Below are positions 45,415 through 55,552 of a stretch of 64,000 nt of DNA, one piece after another. The stretch spans positions 19,818-83,817 of the forward strand of contig CBDCAI010000007.1 of the NCBI GenBank assembly GCA_965213845.1, given 5' to 3'. The notes under the pieces are model-generated. The model saw nothing but the letters and a program-made list of their open reading frames with translations, was not told the DNA's origin and made no database searches. This DNA is from Acetobacteraceae bacterium. GTDB lineage: Bacteria > Pseudomonadota > Alphaproteobacteria > Acetobacterales > Acetobacteraceae. Positions within the stretch are counted from its first letter, which is position 1. Every line of letters starts with the position of its first letter. Position numbers and translations under genes: made by a program.

Positions 45415-46365
45415 TCACACATGTTCGAGCGCCGGCAGCAAAGATGCCGGGATCGCCAGGGTCTTTTCGAGCCCCGAGGCCAGCGGCACCTCGGCTGCGA
45501 TCCCCAGCAGCGCGGCGGCCCGCCCGGGATCCCCGACCGACCGCTTGATGTCCCCGGCACGCGGCGGGCCCGGCCGGATCGTCGGCCGATGCTGCAGCAG
45601 CCCGCCGATCGTCTCCGCCAGCGCCCGGATGGACGTCTCCCGCCCCGTGCAGGCATTCAGCACCGCGGCGCCGGGCTGCGTCGCCGCATGCCGCATGCCG
45701 CCCAGCAGGAAACGCACGATGTCGGCCACATAGACGAAGTCGCGGGTCTGCGAGCCGTCGCCATGCACCGTCACCGGCCGCTGCGCCTGCAGGGCCGCGC
45801 TGAACAACGAGATCACGCCGCTGTAGGGCGAAGACGGATCCTGCCGCTGCCCATACACGTTGAAGAAGCGGAAGCCGACCGACGGCACCCGATGAACCTG
45901 CCACCCGGCGGCGGCGTGCAGCTCTGACGCCAGCTTGTCCGCGCCATACGCCGACGAGGGCGCGGTCGGGCTGCCTTCCGAAACCAGGCCCGAGGCGGCC
46001 CCATAAACCGCCGCGGACGAGGCATAGACCACGGGCAGGCGGGCGGACCGCGCGGCGTCCAGCACCGCCACCGTCCCGCCCAGGTTCACCCGGCTCGTGC
46101 CCGCCCAGTCCTCGTTCGCCCGCGCCACCGAGGCGATCGCCGCCAGATGGAAGCAGCCCTCGACGCCGGCCGCAGCGGCGCGGACCGTGGCACCGTCCGC
46201 CACGTCGCCCACCATCAGCTCGGCGCGGGGGTCGAGGTTGCACCGCTTGCCCGTGGAGAGATCGTCCAGGACCCGCACCCGGTGCCCCGCCGCCAGCAAC
46301 GCGTCCACCAGGTGGGAGCCGATGAACCCGGCCCCCCCGGTCACGAGGTAATGCGCGGGGGTCAT
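45415..46365 (-). CDS. NAD-dependent nucleotide-sugar epimerase/dehydratase (UDP-hexose 4-epimerase-like, extended SDR)
   Basis: ATG at 46365 overlaps the glmS stop. VTGGAGFIGSHL Rossmann motif and catalytic YGADK (YxxxK). Confidence 0.8.
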   Translation of the reverse strand: MTPAHYLVTGGAGFIGSHLVDALLAAGHRVRVLDDLSTGKRCNLDPRAELMVGDVADGATVRAAAAGVEGCFHLAAIASVARANEDWAGTSRVNLGGTVAVLDAARSARLPVVYASSAAVYGAASGLVSEGSPTAPSSAYGADKLASELHAAAGWQVHRVPSVGFRFFNVYGQRQDPSSPYSGVISLFSAALQAQRPVTVHGDGSQTRDFVYVADIVRFLLGGMRHAATQPGAAVLNACTGRETSIRALAETIGGLLQHRPTIRPGPPRAGDIKRSVGDPGRAAALLGIAAEVPLASGLEKTLAIPASLLPALEHV

Positions 46366-48185
46366 TCGACCGTCACCGACTTGGCCAGGTTGCGCGGCTG
46401 GTCCACATCGGTCCCGCGCAGCACCGCCGTGTGGTAGGCCAGCATCTGCACCGCCACGGCATACAGGATGGGCGCCACGAACGGGTCGACCGTCGGCAGC
46501 TCCAGGCACTCGGCCGAGATCGAGCGCAGCTTCGCACAGCCCGCCGCGTCGCTGATCACCACCACCTGGCCGCCCCGGGCCCCCGCCTCCTGCACGTTGC
46601 TCGCCGTCTTCTCGAACAACGGGCCCGACGGCACGATCGCCACGATGGGCACCTGCCGGTCGATCAACGCGATCGGCCCATGCTTCATCTCGCCCGCGGC
46701 ATAGCCCTCGGCGTGGATGTAGCAGATCTCCTTCAGCTTCAGCGCCGCCTCCAGCGCGATGGCGTGGTTGGCGCCACGGCCCAGGCACAGCACGTCCCGC
46801 GACCCGGCCATCCGCTCCGCCAGGCGCTTGATCGGCGCCTCCAGCCCCAACACGTCGGCAGCGCGGCTCGGCAGCTCCAGCAGATGGTGCACCAGCCGTG
46901 CCTCCTCCGCCGCATCGATCGTGCCCCGCGCCCGGCCCGCCGAGATCGACAGGCACGCCAGCACCGTCAGCTGCGCGGTGAACGCCTTGGTGCTCGCCAC
47001 CCCGATCTCGGGCCCCGCCACCGTTTCCAGCACCACGCCACTCTCGCGCGCCATGGTGCTCTCCGGCACGTTCAGAACGCTCATGATGTGCTGCCCGGCC
47101 CCGCGCATGTAGCGCAGCGCCGCCAGCGTGTCCGCCGTCTCCCCGCTCTGGCTGACCAGCAGGCCCACCCCGCCCGCCGGCAGCGGCGGCATGCGGTAGC
47201 GCAGCTCGCTCGCCACATCGATGTCAACCGGCAGCCGCGCCAAATCCTCCATCCAGATCCGCCCGGCCATCCCGGCGTAGTAGGTGCTCCCGCACCCGCT
47301 CATGGACACCCGGGGCACCTGGTCCCACGTGAAGGGCAGCGCCGGCAGCGTCACCGCCCGGGTCGCCGGGTCCAGCATGCGCGCCAGCGTCTGCCCGATC
47401 GCGGCGGGATGCTCGTGCAGCTCCTTTTCCATGAAGTGGCGGTAGCCGTCCTTGCCGACCACGGCACCGGTCTGCACCGTCAGGCGCACGGGGCGGTGCA
47501 CGGCGTCGCCGGCCGGGTTGAACACCGCCGCGCCGGTGCGCGACACGACCGTCCAGTCCCCGTCCTGAAGATAGGCGATCCGCCGGGTCAGCGGCGCCAG
47601 CGCCAGGCTGTCGCTGCCGAGATACATCGCCGTCTCGCCGAACCCGATCGCCAGCGGCGCCCCGTGCTGGGCCCCCACCATCAGGCCGGGCTGGTTGGCG
47701 AACACCATCGCCAGCGCATAGGCGCCCTCCAGCCGCACGAATGCGGCCCGCGCCGCGTCCACCGGATCCATGCCGCGCTTCAGCAGCAGGTCCACCAGCT
47801 GCGCCACCGTCTCCGTGTCCGTCTCGGTCTCGAACACCTGGCCCTCGGCCTCCAGCTCGGCCCGCAGCTCCGCGTGGTTCTCGATGATGCCGTTGTGCAC
47901 GACGCTGACCCGCGACGTGCCGTGCGGGTGCGCGTTGCGCTGCGTCGGCGCCCCATGCGTCGCCCAGCGCGTATGCCCGATCCCGGTCGTGCCCGGCAGC
48001 GGCTCCCGCGCCAGCACCTCGGTCAGGTTCACCAGCTTGCCCGGGGCCCGCCTGCGCTCGATCCCGGCCCCCACCAGCGTCGCGATCCCCGCGCTGTCAT
48101 AGCCCCGGTACTCGAGGCGCCGCAGCGCTTCCAGCAACAAGGGTGCCGCCTGTTCCGACCCGACCACGCCCACGATGCCGCACAT
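46362..48185 (-). CDS. glmS: glutamine--fructose-6-phosphate aminotransferase
   Basis: N-terminal MCGIVG (Cys nucleophile), two SIS domains, C-terminal PRNLAKSVTVE. Confidence 0.95.
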   Translation of the reverse strand: MCGIVGVVGSEQAAPLLLEALRRLEYRGYDSAGIATLVGAGIERRRAPGKLVNLTEVLAREPLPGTTGIGHTRWATHGAPTQRNAHPHGTSRVSVVHNGIIENHAELRAELEAEGQVFETETDTETVAQLVDLLLKRGMDPVDAARAAFVRLEGAYALAMVFANQPGLMVGAQHGAPLAIGFGETAMYLGSDSLALAPLTRRIAYLQDGDWTVVSRTGAAVFNPAGDAVHRPVRLTVQTGAVVGKDGYRHFMEKELHEHPAAIGQTLARMLDPATRAVTLPALPFTWDQVPRVSMSGCGSTYYAGMAGRIWMEDLARLPVDIDVASELRYRMPPLPAGGVGLLVSQSGETADTLAALRYMRGAGQHIMSVLNVPESTMARESGVVLETVAGPEIGVASTKAFTAQLTVLACLSISAGRARGTIDAAEEARLVHHLLELPSRAADVLGLEAPIKRLAERMAGSRDVLCLGRGANHAIALEAALKLKEICYIHAEGYAAGEMKHGPIALIDRQVPIVAIVPSGPLFEKTASNVQEAGARGGQVVVISDAAGCAKLRSISAECLELPTVDPFVAPILYAVAVQMLAYHTAVLRGTDVDQPRNLAKSVTVE

Positions 48186-49504
48186 CAGCCCTTGCCTCCC
48201 TTGCCGGCCTTGCTGGCCCGGTACGTCGCCGCACGGCCCGCCCTGTCCGTCTGTTTCGCCCGGCCGAACGCCATCGCGTCGGGCGCCACGTCCCGCGTGA
48301 TCACGCTGCCCGCCGCCACGAAGGCGCCGTCGCCCAGCGACACCGGCGCCACCAGGGTCGCGTGGGTGCCCACGAACACCCCGGCCCCGATCACCGTCCG
48401 GTGCTTGGCATAGCCGTCGTAGTTGCACGTGATCGTCCCGGCGCCGATGTTGGTGCCGCTGCCGATCGAGCTGTCGCCCAGGTAGCTCAGGTGGTTCGCC
48501 TTCGCTCCGTCACCAAGCCGCGTCGCCTTCAATTCCACGAAGTTCCCCACATGCGCCGACCGTCCCACTTCCGTGCCTGGCCGCAACCGGGCATAGGGGC
48601 CGATCACCGCGCCCTCGGCGACGATGCACCCCTCAAGATGACTGAACGGGCGGATCTCGGCGCCGGATGCAACCGACACGCCGGGGCCGAACACCACGTG
48701 CGGGCCCACCACCACGTCGGGCGCCAGCGCCGTGTCCACGCACAGCGTCACCGTGTCGGGCGCGACCAGGGTCGCGCCGCCCTCCATCGCGTCCCGCCGC
48801 AGCCAGCCCTGGACCGTCGCCTCCGCCTCGGCCAGCTCGACGCGGGAGTTGATGCCGCGCAGCTCCGCCTCCCCGGCCTCCACCGCCACCACGCGGCCCC
48901 CCTCGGCCGCCGCTTCGGCCACGCAGTCCGTCAGATAATATTCGCCCTTCACCGGGCTGGGCTGCACCGCCGCCAGCCACCGCAACAGATCGGCCGCCTG
49001 GGCGCAGAACACCCCGGCGTTGCACAGCGGCTCCGCCCGCTCCGCCTCCGTCGCGTCCGCCCACTCCACGATGCGCTCCACCGTGCCGTCCCGCGCGATC
49101 ACCCGGCCATACCGGCCGGGGTCCCGCGGCCGCATCGCCAGCAACGCAAGGCGCGCACCCTGTTGCGCGTCCAGCAGCCGCCGCAGCGTCGCGGGGCGGA
49201 TCAACGGGTTGTCGGCATACAGCACCGCCACCGCCCCGTCGCCGAACAGCGGTGCCGCCTGGCGTGCCGCATGGGCGGTTCCCAGCCGCTCCTGCTGCAC
49301 CACGATCGCATGCGGGGCGGCCGCCCGGGCCACCGCCTCCATCCCCGGCCCGACCACGACGACGATCTGGTCGAACACCGAATAGCAGCTGCCGATCAGA
49401 TGCTGCAGCATCGGCCGCCCCGCGATCGGGTGCAGCGCCTTCGGCATCGCGGACTTCATGCGGGTGCCGAGACCCGCGGCGAGCAGAACGGCCGTCGTTG
49501 TCAT
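48185..49504 (-). CDS. glmU: bifunctional UDP-N-acetylglucosamine pyrophosphorylase / glucosamine-1-phosphate N-acetyltransferase
   Basis: ATG at 49504 (MTTTAVLLAAGLGTRMKSAMPKALHPIAGRPML). C-terminal left-handed beta-helix hexapeptide repeats. 1-nt overlap with the glmS start. Confidence 0.9.
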   Translation of the reverse strand: MTTTAVLLAAGLGTRMKSAMPKALHPIAGRPMLQHLIGSCYSVFDQIVVVVGPGMEAVARAAAPHAIVVQQERLGTAHAARQAAPLFGDGAVAVLYADNPLIRPATLRRLLDAQQGARLALLAMRPRDPGRYGRVIARDGTVERIVEWADATEAERAEPLCNAGVFCAQAADLLRWLAAVQPSPVKGEYYLTDCVAEAAAEGGRVVAVEAGEAELRGINSRVELAEAEATVQGWLRRDAMEGGATLVAPDTVTLCVDTALAPDVVVGPHVVFGPGVSVASGAEIRPFSHLEGCIVAEGAVIGPYARLRPGTEVGRSAHVGNFVELKATRLGDGAKANHLSYLGDSSIGSGTNIGAGTITCNYDGYAKHRTVIGAGVFVGTHATLVAPVSLGDGAFVAAGSVITRDVAPDAMAFGRAKQTDRAGRAATYRASKAGKGGKG

Positions 49505-49577
49505 CCCACCGGGGTAGCGTCCCGTACCGGCCCGTGTCAAAGCAACCTCTGTCAAATTTGGTATCAGAGTCCGACAG

Positions 49578-50237
49578 ATGGCCAACACTCTCCTGCTGGA
49601 CCTCGATGGAACGCTGGTCGACTCCATCCCGGACCTGGTCGCCAGCTGCAACCGCATGATGGTGCCCCGCGGCCACGCCGCGTTCACCCGCGCCGAGGTC
49701 ACCCCCATGGTGGGCGACGGCGCGTCGGCCCTGGTGCGCCGGGTCATGGCCGCCCGCGGCCAGGTCGCGACACAGGCCGACGTGCAGGACTTCATCGCGG
49801 ACTACACCGCCCATGCGGCCGATGAGACCGTGGCCTACCCCGCGGTCGTCGAAACCTTGGCGCAGCTGACCCGGGCGGGCTGGCGCCTGGCCGTCTGCAC
49901 CAACAAGCCCGTCGCGCCGGCCCGCGCCCTGCTCGCCCGCCTCGACCTGCTGGACCGCTTCGCTGTCGTCGCCGGCGGCGACAGCTTCCCCGTCCGCAAG
50001 CCGGACCCGGCGCACCTGCTGCTGACCCTGGAAGCAGCGGGCGGCACCCCGGCACAGGCGGTCATGGTCGGCGACCATCACAACGACGTGGCCGCCGCCA
50101 GGGCCGCCGGCCTGCCCTGCATCTTCGCCGCCTGGGGATACGGCACCGCAGCCATGGCCGCGGATGCCCAGGCGACCGCCCAGGGCTTCGCGGACATCCC
50201 GGCACTGGCAAACAGTCTGCTCACCCCCCCAGGATGA
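49578..50237 (+). CDS. gph: HAD-IA hydrolase, phosphoglycolate phosphatase-like
   Basis: DLDGTLVDS (DxDxT), CTNKP and VGDHHNDVAAARAAG motifs. Confidence 0.7.
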   Translation: MANTLLLDLDGTLVDSIPDLVASCNRMMVPRGHAAFTRAEVTPMVGDGASALVRRVMAARGQVATQADVQDFIADYTAHAADETVAYPAVVETLAQLTRAGWRLAVCTNKPVAPARALLARLDLLDRFAVVAGGDSFPVRKPDPAHLLLTLEAAGGTPAQAVMVGDHHNDVAAARAAGLPCIFAAWGYGTAAMAADAQATAQGFADIPALANSLLTPPG

Positions 50238-50279
50238 CCGAACCCTCCGAACGCAACGTTAACGCCGACCCCCGGCCGC

Positions 50280-51041
50280 TCAGCCTTTCGGCTTGGTCGC
50301 CAGATACATCGTCGCGTCGCCGAACCACCGCGTCTTGAACACGATCCGCACCGGGATCTTCGGACCCCCGGGCGTGACCGCGGCGAACCAGGCCGAGCCC
50401 GCCTGCGGCCGCTGCAGCCGTTCCCGGTCCTCGTCCAGCAGGAATCCCGCCAGCTGCCGACCCACGAAGTCGCAGCGCAGCGCCGGACCCGAGAAGCTCG
50501 AGCGCCCCGTCGGCTCCAGCACCTGCTCGCCCGAGGTCCGCGCCTCCAGCGTCGAGAGCCGCCGCCCATCGAAGGTCGTCGCCCGACCCTCGCAGCGGCC
50601 CGTCGTGTTCACCTGGTGGATCAGCTCGGCCACGGCGCTCAGCGTGTCCACCGTCTCCGCCTGCTGCGCGGTCGGCACCGCCTCCCGCTCCGTCTCGTTC
50701 GGCGGCACCAGCTGCCGTATCACCGGAAGCCCGGCCTGGTAGTCGATCTGCGTCACCCGCGGCCCGCCCCGCAGCGTGCCGGCGCTGTAGAACCGCTCCG
50801 GCATCGGCCGCGCCCCCATGAACCGGCCCTCCACCGTCGTCTCCTGATGGCTGCGCATGACCAGGTTGAACGCGCCCACGGTGCGGTAGTCCAGGCGCAT
50901 CCGATACCGCTCCGGCGCCACATCGAGCGACGCGTCCATGTCGATGACCTCGAGCCCGGCGGCATAGGCCTCGTAATATGCATCGATCGCCCGGGCCGGG
51001 GTGGACGCGACAAGCGAGCAGAGCAGGAGCCAGCGGATCAT
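50280..51041 (-). CDS. secreted DUF3108-like protein
   Basis: Signal peptide MIRWLLLCSLVASTPARA. Size and pattern recall DUF3108. The assignment is by recognition only. Confidence 0.45.
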   Translation of the reverse strand: MIRWLLLCSLVASTPARAIDAYYEAYAAGLEVIDMDASLDVAPERYRMRLDYRTVGAFNLVMRSHQETTVEGRFMGARPMPERFYSAGTLRGGPRVTQIDYQAGLPVIRQLVPPNETEREAVPTAQQAETVDTLSAVAELIHQVNTTGRCEGRATTFDGRRLSTLEARTSGEQVLEPTGRSSFSGPALRCDFVGRQLAGFLLDEDRERLQRPQAGSAWFAAVTPGGPKIPVRIVFKTRWFGDATMYLATKPKG

Positions 51042-51117
51042 CGGACCTATATAAGGACACCGCGGATCGCTTGACAGGGTTGCCCTGCCTGCGCGACAAG
51101 CCCGCTCCCGCCACGGC

Positions 51118-51192
51118 GGGCGCGTAGCTCAGCGGTAGAGCATTCGCTTCACACGCGAAGGGTCACAGGTTCAATCCCTGTCGCGCCCACCA
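51118..51192 (+). tRNA. tRNA-Val (anticodon CAC), CCA encoded
   Basis: Cloverleaf folded by hand: acceptor GGGCGCG/CGCGCCC, D stem GCTC/GAGC, anticodon stem TTCGC/GCGAA with loop TTCACAC, T stem ACAGG/CCTGT with loop TTCAATC, discriminator A, CCA. Confidence 0.9.
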
Positions 51193-51207
51193 ACTTTCCA
51201 GCAGATT

Positions 51208-52599
51208 TCAAGAAACCGGCGTGCCGGGCGCGCCCATGTCCCACCACAGGCCGGCGAACGCCGCGATCCCCTCCCGGGCCGGCGCCACCAGCAGGTGCTC
51301 GTCCGGCCCGTGCTGCTTGCAGCCGTTGTAGCTGTGCGGCACCCACAGCAGCGGCGTGCCCAGTATGTCCAGGAACACGTCGTTCGGCAGCCCGCCGCCG
51401 CTGTTCGGGATCACCTGCACCGGCTTGCCCAGGCTCCGCTCCATGCTGTCCACCGCCCAGCCGACCCAGGGGTTGTCCGGGTCGCTGCGCCGCGCCGGCA
51501 TGCGGATGCCGTACGGCACGATCGTCACCTCGGGGAATCCGGCCTCGTCCAGATGCCGCCGCAGCGACGCCTCGAAGGTGGTGGGGTCCACGTCCACGGT
51601 GTAGCGGATCTGGCAATGCGCCACCGCGTTCGGCGCCACCGCGTTCACCGGGCGCTCCGGCCGTCCGGAGATCAGGCTCAGCACGATGAAGCTGGTCCAG
51701 GCATAGACCTTCTCCGCAGGCGTCAGGCCCGGCTCGCCCCAGCCGGGATCGATCGTCGCCGCCTCGGGGTCGCTCTCCAGCGTGCAGCCGTGCAGCACCG
51801 ACCGCACGGCGTTGCTGATGCCCTGCGGCACCCAGTCGCGCACCAGGATGCGCCCGTTGCGGTCGGCGATGGAGGCGATGGCGTGGCTCAGCACGATGGC
51901 CGGGTCGGTGGTCATGCCACCCCAGTTGCCGGAGTGCACGCCGCCCGGGCGCACATCGAGCCGCAGGTCGAAATGGAAGCTGCCACGCGTCCCGGTCGAC
52001 AGCGTGGGCACGGCGGCGGCGCTGCGCGGCCCGTCGCTGGCCAGCAGCACGTCGGCCGCCAGAGCCTGCCGGTGCGCAGTCACGATCTCGCCCAGGCCCT
52101 TCGACCCGCTTTCCTCCCCGGTCTCCACGATCAGCTTCAGGTTGAACCCCAGCCGGCCGCCACGCTCGGCCAGCACCGCCTCCAGCGCCGAGAGGTTGAT
52201 GACGTGCTGCCCCTTGTTGTCGGCGCTGCCGCGGCCGTACCAGCGGTCGCCGGCGCGGGTCAGCGTCCAGGGATCGAGCCCCTCCCGCCACTGGTCCTCG
52301 AGGCCGCGCACCGTGTCGCCATGGCCGTAGGTGACGACCGTCGGCCCGGCACCCTCGAGCCGTTCGGCGATCAGGATCGGCCCGCTGCCCTCGATCGGGT
52401 TCGGGTGGATCGTCTGGGTGAAGCCCAGCCCGTCCAGCAAGGGGCGCATGCCCTGCTCCAGGTAGCGCGGCAGCTCGGCCGCGTGGTCCGGGTCCTGGCT
52501 GGTGCTGCGGATGGCCACCAGCTTGGCGAGCCGGTCTTCGAAGCCGCCCCCGTCGAAGAACGCCAGTGCCCGGTCGATCGCCCCCTGCCTGCTGCCCAT
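51208..52599 (-). CDS. M20/M25/M40 family metallopeptidase (dipeptidase-like)
   Basis: ATG at 52599 with an AGGAGGGA RBS. HGDTV and GRGSADNKG metal-site motifs. Confidence 0.75.
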   Translation of the reverse strand: MGSRQGAIDRALAFFDGGGFEDRLAKLVAIRSTSQDPDHAAELPRYLEQGMRPLLDGLGFTQTIHPNPIEGSGPILIAERLEGAGPTVVTYGHGDTVRGLEDQWREGLDPWTLTRAGDRWYGRGSADNKGQHVINLSALEAVLAERGGRLGFNLKLIVETGEESGSKGLGEIVTAHRQALAADVLLASDGPRSAAAVPTLSTGTRGSFHFDLRLDVRPGGVHSGNWGGMTTDPAIVLSHAIASIADRNGRILVRDWVPQGISNAVRSVLHGCTLESDPEAATIDPGWGEPGLTPAEKVYAWTSFIVLSLISGRPERPVNAVAPNAVAHCQIRYTVDVDPTTFEASLRRHLDEAGFPEVTIVPYGIRMPARRSDPDNPWVGWAVDSMERSLGKPVQVIPNSGGGLPNDVFLDILGTPLLWVPHSYNGCKQHGPDEHLLVAPAREGIAAFAGLWWDMGAPGTPVS

Positions 52600-52761
52600 C
52601 GGTCCCTCCTGGTTCCGGCGCAGGCTGGCCGCTCGGCCCGCCGGCAGCAAGAGGCCGCTTGCCAACCGAAATCATTTTTGTGACGATAACGGGACGTAAA
52701 GCTATAAAGGCGAGTGTTCGTTGCTGGCGATGCGGCCGGCGGGGGAACAAGGTCGAGGCAG

Positions 52762-54738
52762 ATGGTTCCAGAGTTCGTCCGGTTCGTTTGGTCCCGGGGC
52801 GCACGGGCCCCCGCCTGCCGCCTGGCCCACTCCACGGGCTCGGCCGGGTTCGGCGTGCCGGCCGCCCTGGCGCTGCTCGGCGTGGCGCTCGGCGGCTGGG
52901 ACATCGCGTGGGACCGGCCGGTGGCCGTCCTGCTGGTGACGGCGCTGCCCGCCTGCGCCCTGCTGCTGGCTGCAGGCGTCGTGGTGGTGCGCCGCATGCG
53001 GCGGCTGCGCCACGCGCTGCGGGTGCTGAGCGACGCGGTCGAGAACATCAGCCAGGGCCTGATCCTCATCGACGAGCAGGACCGGGTGCCGCTGATCAAC
53101 GCCCGCGCCATCGAGCTTCTGTCGATCACGCCCGAGATCCTGGCGGAGAACCCGACCTTCACGCGCCTGGTTCAGTGGCAGATGGACCGCGACGACGTGA
53201 CGTGGGACGCCCGGACCGGGGTTCGCCTGCCGGGCACCGAAGGGGCGGAAGACCGCTACGAGCGGGTCCGGCCGAACGGCGCGGTCCTGGAGGTTCAGAC
53301 CAAGCGCCTGCCCAGCGGCGGCCACGTCCGCACCTTCAGCGACATCACCGACCGCAGGCAGGACGAACGCCGCATCCGCCATATGGCGCATCATGACGGC
53401 CTGACGGGCCTCGCCAACCGCACCCTCCTGGCCGACCGCCTCTCCCAGGCCGTCAGCCAGGCCCGGCGCCCCAAGGGCGGCGGCGGACATGAGGGCTTCG
53501 CCGTCCTGGCGCTCGATCTCGACCGCTTCAAGGCCATCAACGACAGCTTCGGCCATGCCGCAGGCGACGAGCTGCTGCGGCAGGTGGGCGAACGCCTGGC
53601 CGGCACGCTGCGGAGCGGCGACACGCTGGCGCGCGTCGGCGGCGACGAGTTCGTCATCATCCAGACCGGCGTCCACCAGCCCACGTCCACCGCCGACCTG
53701 GCAGCCCGCCTCGTCACGCTGCTGACCGCGCCATTCCACCTCGGTGCCAACCGGGTGCAGGTCGGCGTCAGCCTCGGCATCGTCCTCTCCGATGCCGCGG
53801 ACCGGGACGAAGGCGGGGGCGATGTCGGCGGGGATGTGGACCAGCTGCTGAAGAACGCCGACACCGCACTGTACCGCGCCAAGACGGCCGGCCGCGGCGG
53901 CTTCTGCTTCTTCGAGCCCGAGATGGACCGGCAGCTGCAGGCCCGCCGCGCGCTGGAGGCGGATCTCCGCCAGGCCATCGGCACCGACCAGCTCTGCCTG
54001 CACTTCCAGCCCATCGTGAAGGCGGACACGCGGGAGATCACCGGCTACGAGGCCCTGCTGCGCTGGAAGCATCCGGTCCACGGCATGGTGCCGCCCGCCC
54101 GCTTCATCCCGATTGCCGAGGAGTCCGGCCTCATCGTCGGGATCGGCACCTGGGTGCTGGAAGAGGCGTGCGGGCAGGCCATGCGCTGGCCGGTGCGGCG
54201 CCGGGTCGCGGTCAACCTGTCCGCCGTGCAGCTGCGCAGCGGAGACCTGCCGGACTTGGTGGCGGGCATCCTGCGCCGCACCGGCCTGCCACCGCAGCTG
54301 CTCGAGCTCGAGATCACCGAATCCCTGCTGATCGAGAACCCCGAGAAGGTGCTCGAAAGCCTGGTCGCCCTGCGTGCCATGGGCGTCCGCATCGCCTGCG
54401 ACGACTTCGGCACCGGCTATTCCAGCTTCAGCTACCTTCAGAACCTCGCCTTCGACCGGCTGAAGATCGACATGTCGTTCACCCACGCCCTCGGCACGAA
54501 GCCGGCGGCGCTGCGCATCGTCCAGGCCATCTTGGCGATGGCCACCAGCCTGGGCATGGATGTCACCGCGGAGGGCGTCGAGACCGAGGCGCAGCTCGCC
54601 ATCCTGCACGGCGAGGGCTGCGGCGAGCTGCAGGGCTACCTGCTCGGCCGCCCCGCCGCCGGGGATGCCGGCCCGCAGCCGACGCCCCCGGCGCATGCGG
54701 CCCGGCTGTCGCCGAAGCGGCTCGCGCCCCATGTCTGA
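52762..54738 (+). CDS. membrane-anchored PAS-GGDEF-EAL protein (c-di-GMP turnover)
   Basis: Two TM helices and a PAS-like region. Intact GGDEF (ARVGGDEFVI) and EAL (GYEALLRW, DDFGTGYSS) motifs. Start uncertain (52714 or 52762). Confidence 0.85.
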   Translation: MVPEFVRFVWSRGARAPACRLAHSTGSAGFGVPAALALLGVALGGWDIAWDRPVAVLLVTALPACALLLAAGVVVVRRMRRLRHALRVLSDAVENISQGLILIDEQDRVPLINARAIELLSITPEILAENPTFTRLVQWQMDRDDVTWDARTGVRLPGTEGAEDRYERVRPNGAVLEVQTKRLPSGGHVRTFSDITDRRQDERRIRHMAHHDGLTGLANRTLLADRLSQAVSQARRPKGGGGHEGFAVLALDLDRFKAINDSFGHAAGDELLRQVGERLAGTLRSGDTLARVGGDEFVIIQTGVHQPTSTADLAARLVTLLTAPFHLGANRVQVGVSLGIVLSDAADRDEGGGDVGGDVDQLLKNADTALYRAKTAGRGGFCFFEPEMDRQLQARRALEADLRQAIGTDQLCLHFQPIVKADTREITGYEALLRWKHPVHGMVPPARFIPIAEESGLIVGIGTWVLEEACGQAMRWPVRRRVAVNLSAVQLRSGDLPDLVAGILRRTGLPPQLLELEITESLLIENPEKVLESLVALRAMGVRIACDDFGTGYSSFSYLQNLAFDRLKIDMSFTHALGTKPAALRIVQAILAMATSLGMDVTAEGVETEAQLAILHGEGCGELQGYLLGRPAAGDAGPQPTPPAHAARLSPKRLAPHV

Positions 54739-54775
54739 CCGACACGTCGAGCGGCATACAGGGAACAAAGCACCC

Positions 54776-55549
54776 ATGCACCCCAGTCGCCTGCTCTGTT
54801 GCGTCGCGCTCTGCCTCGCCTCCGTCACGGCCGCGGCGCAGCCGAACGCTCCGTTGCGGGCCGCCTACATCGTCACCAACCTGGCCCAGGGTACGCGGGA
54901 CCCCGCCACCGGCGCCATCCGCGGCCCGATCGCCGACATCGCCGCCGAGCTCGGCCGCCGTGCCGGGCGGCCCGTCCACATCACGCCGGTGCAGACCGCC
55001 GCCGACGTGCTGGCCGCCGTCCGGACCGACGAGGCCGATATCGGCTTCGTCGCGCCGAACCCGGCCCGCATGGTCGTGCTTTACTCGCAGACCTACATGC
55101 TGGTGCAACAAAGCTTCGTCGTGCCGGACGGCTCGCCGCTCGTGTCGGTCGGGCAGATCGACCGGCCCGGCCAGGTGGTGGGCGCCAACACGGACGACTC
55201 CATCAGCCTCTACATGAAGACGCACTTCACCCAGGCCACCGTCCGGGAAAGCCCGGACTACACGCTCGCCGAAGCCGCCACCTGGTTTGCCCAAGGGGGC
55301 GTCGTCGCGTTCGGCGGCAACCGGCAACGCCTGCGCGCCGCCATCGCCGACAAGCCCGGCCTGCATCTGCTGCCCGAAAACCTGTATGGCGTGCCCCAGG
55401 CGATCGCCGTCGCCACCGGCAACCCGGCCCTGCTCGCCACGATCGACCAAGCGCTCGACGCCATGCGCGCCTCCGGCTTCCTGGCCGCCGCCCTCCAGCG
55501 CAGCGGTATCGACGGGATCGAGGTCGCCCCCCCACCCGCCCGCCGCTGA
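54776..55549 (+). CDS. periplasmic substrate-binding protein, family 3-like
   Basis: Signal peptide MHPSRLLCCVALCLASVTAAAQ. SBP_bac_3-like size. No adjacent permease. Confidence 0.55.
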   Translation: MHPSRLLCCVALCLASVTAAAQPNAPLRAAYIVTNLAQGTRDPATGAIRGPIADIAAELGRRAGRPVHITPVQTAADVLAAVRTDEADIGFVAPNPARMVVLYSQTYMLVQQSFVVPDGSPLVSVGQIDRPGQVVGANTDDSISLYMKTHFTQATVRESPDYTLAEAATWFAQGGVVAFGGNRQRLRAAIADKPGLHLLPENLYGVPQAIAVATGNPALLATIDQALDAMRASGFLAAALQRSGIDGIEVAPPPARR

Positions 55550-55552
55550 CCC

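Noticed and set aside
46362-49504. A possible glmS ribozyme or riboswitch, or another leader element, for glmS.
   Set aside because: glmS starts 1 nt inside the glmU stop, so there is no leader. The glmS ribozyme is a Gram-positive feature.
51042-51207. The tRNA-Val locus as a possible genomic-island or prophage integration site.
   Set aside because: There is no integrase, no direct repeat of the tRNA 3-prime end that I could see in the window, and the flanking genes have the same composition as the rest.
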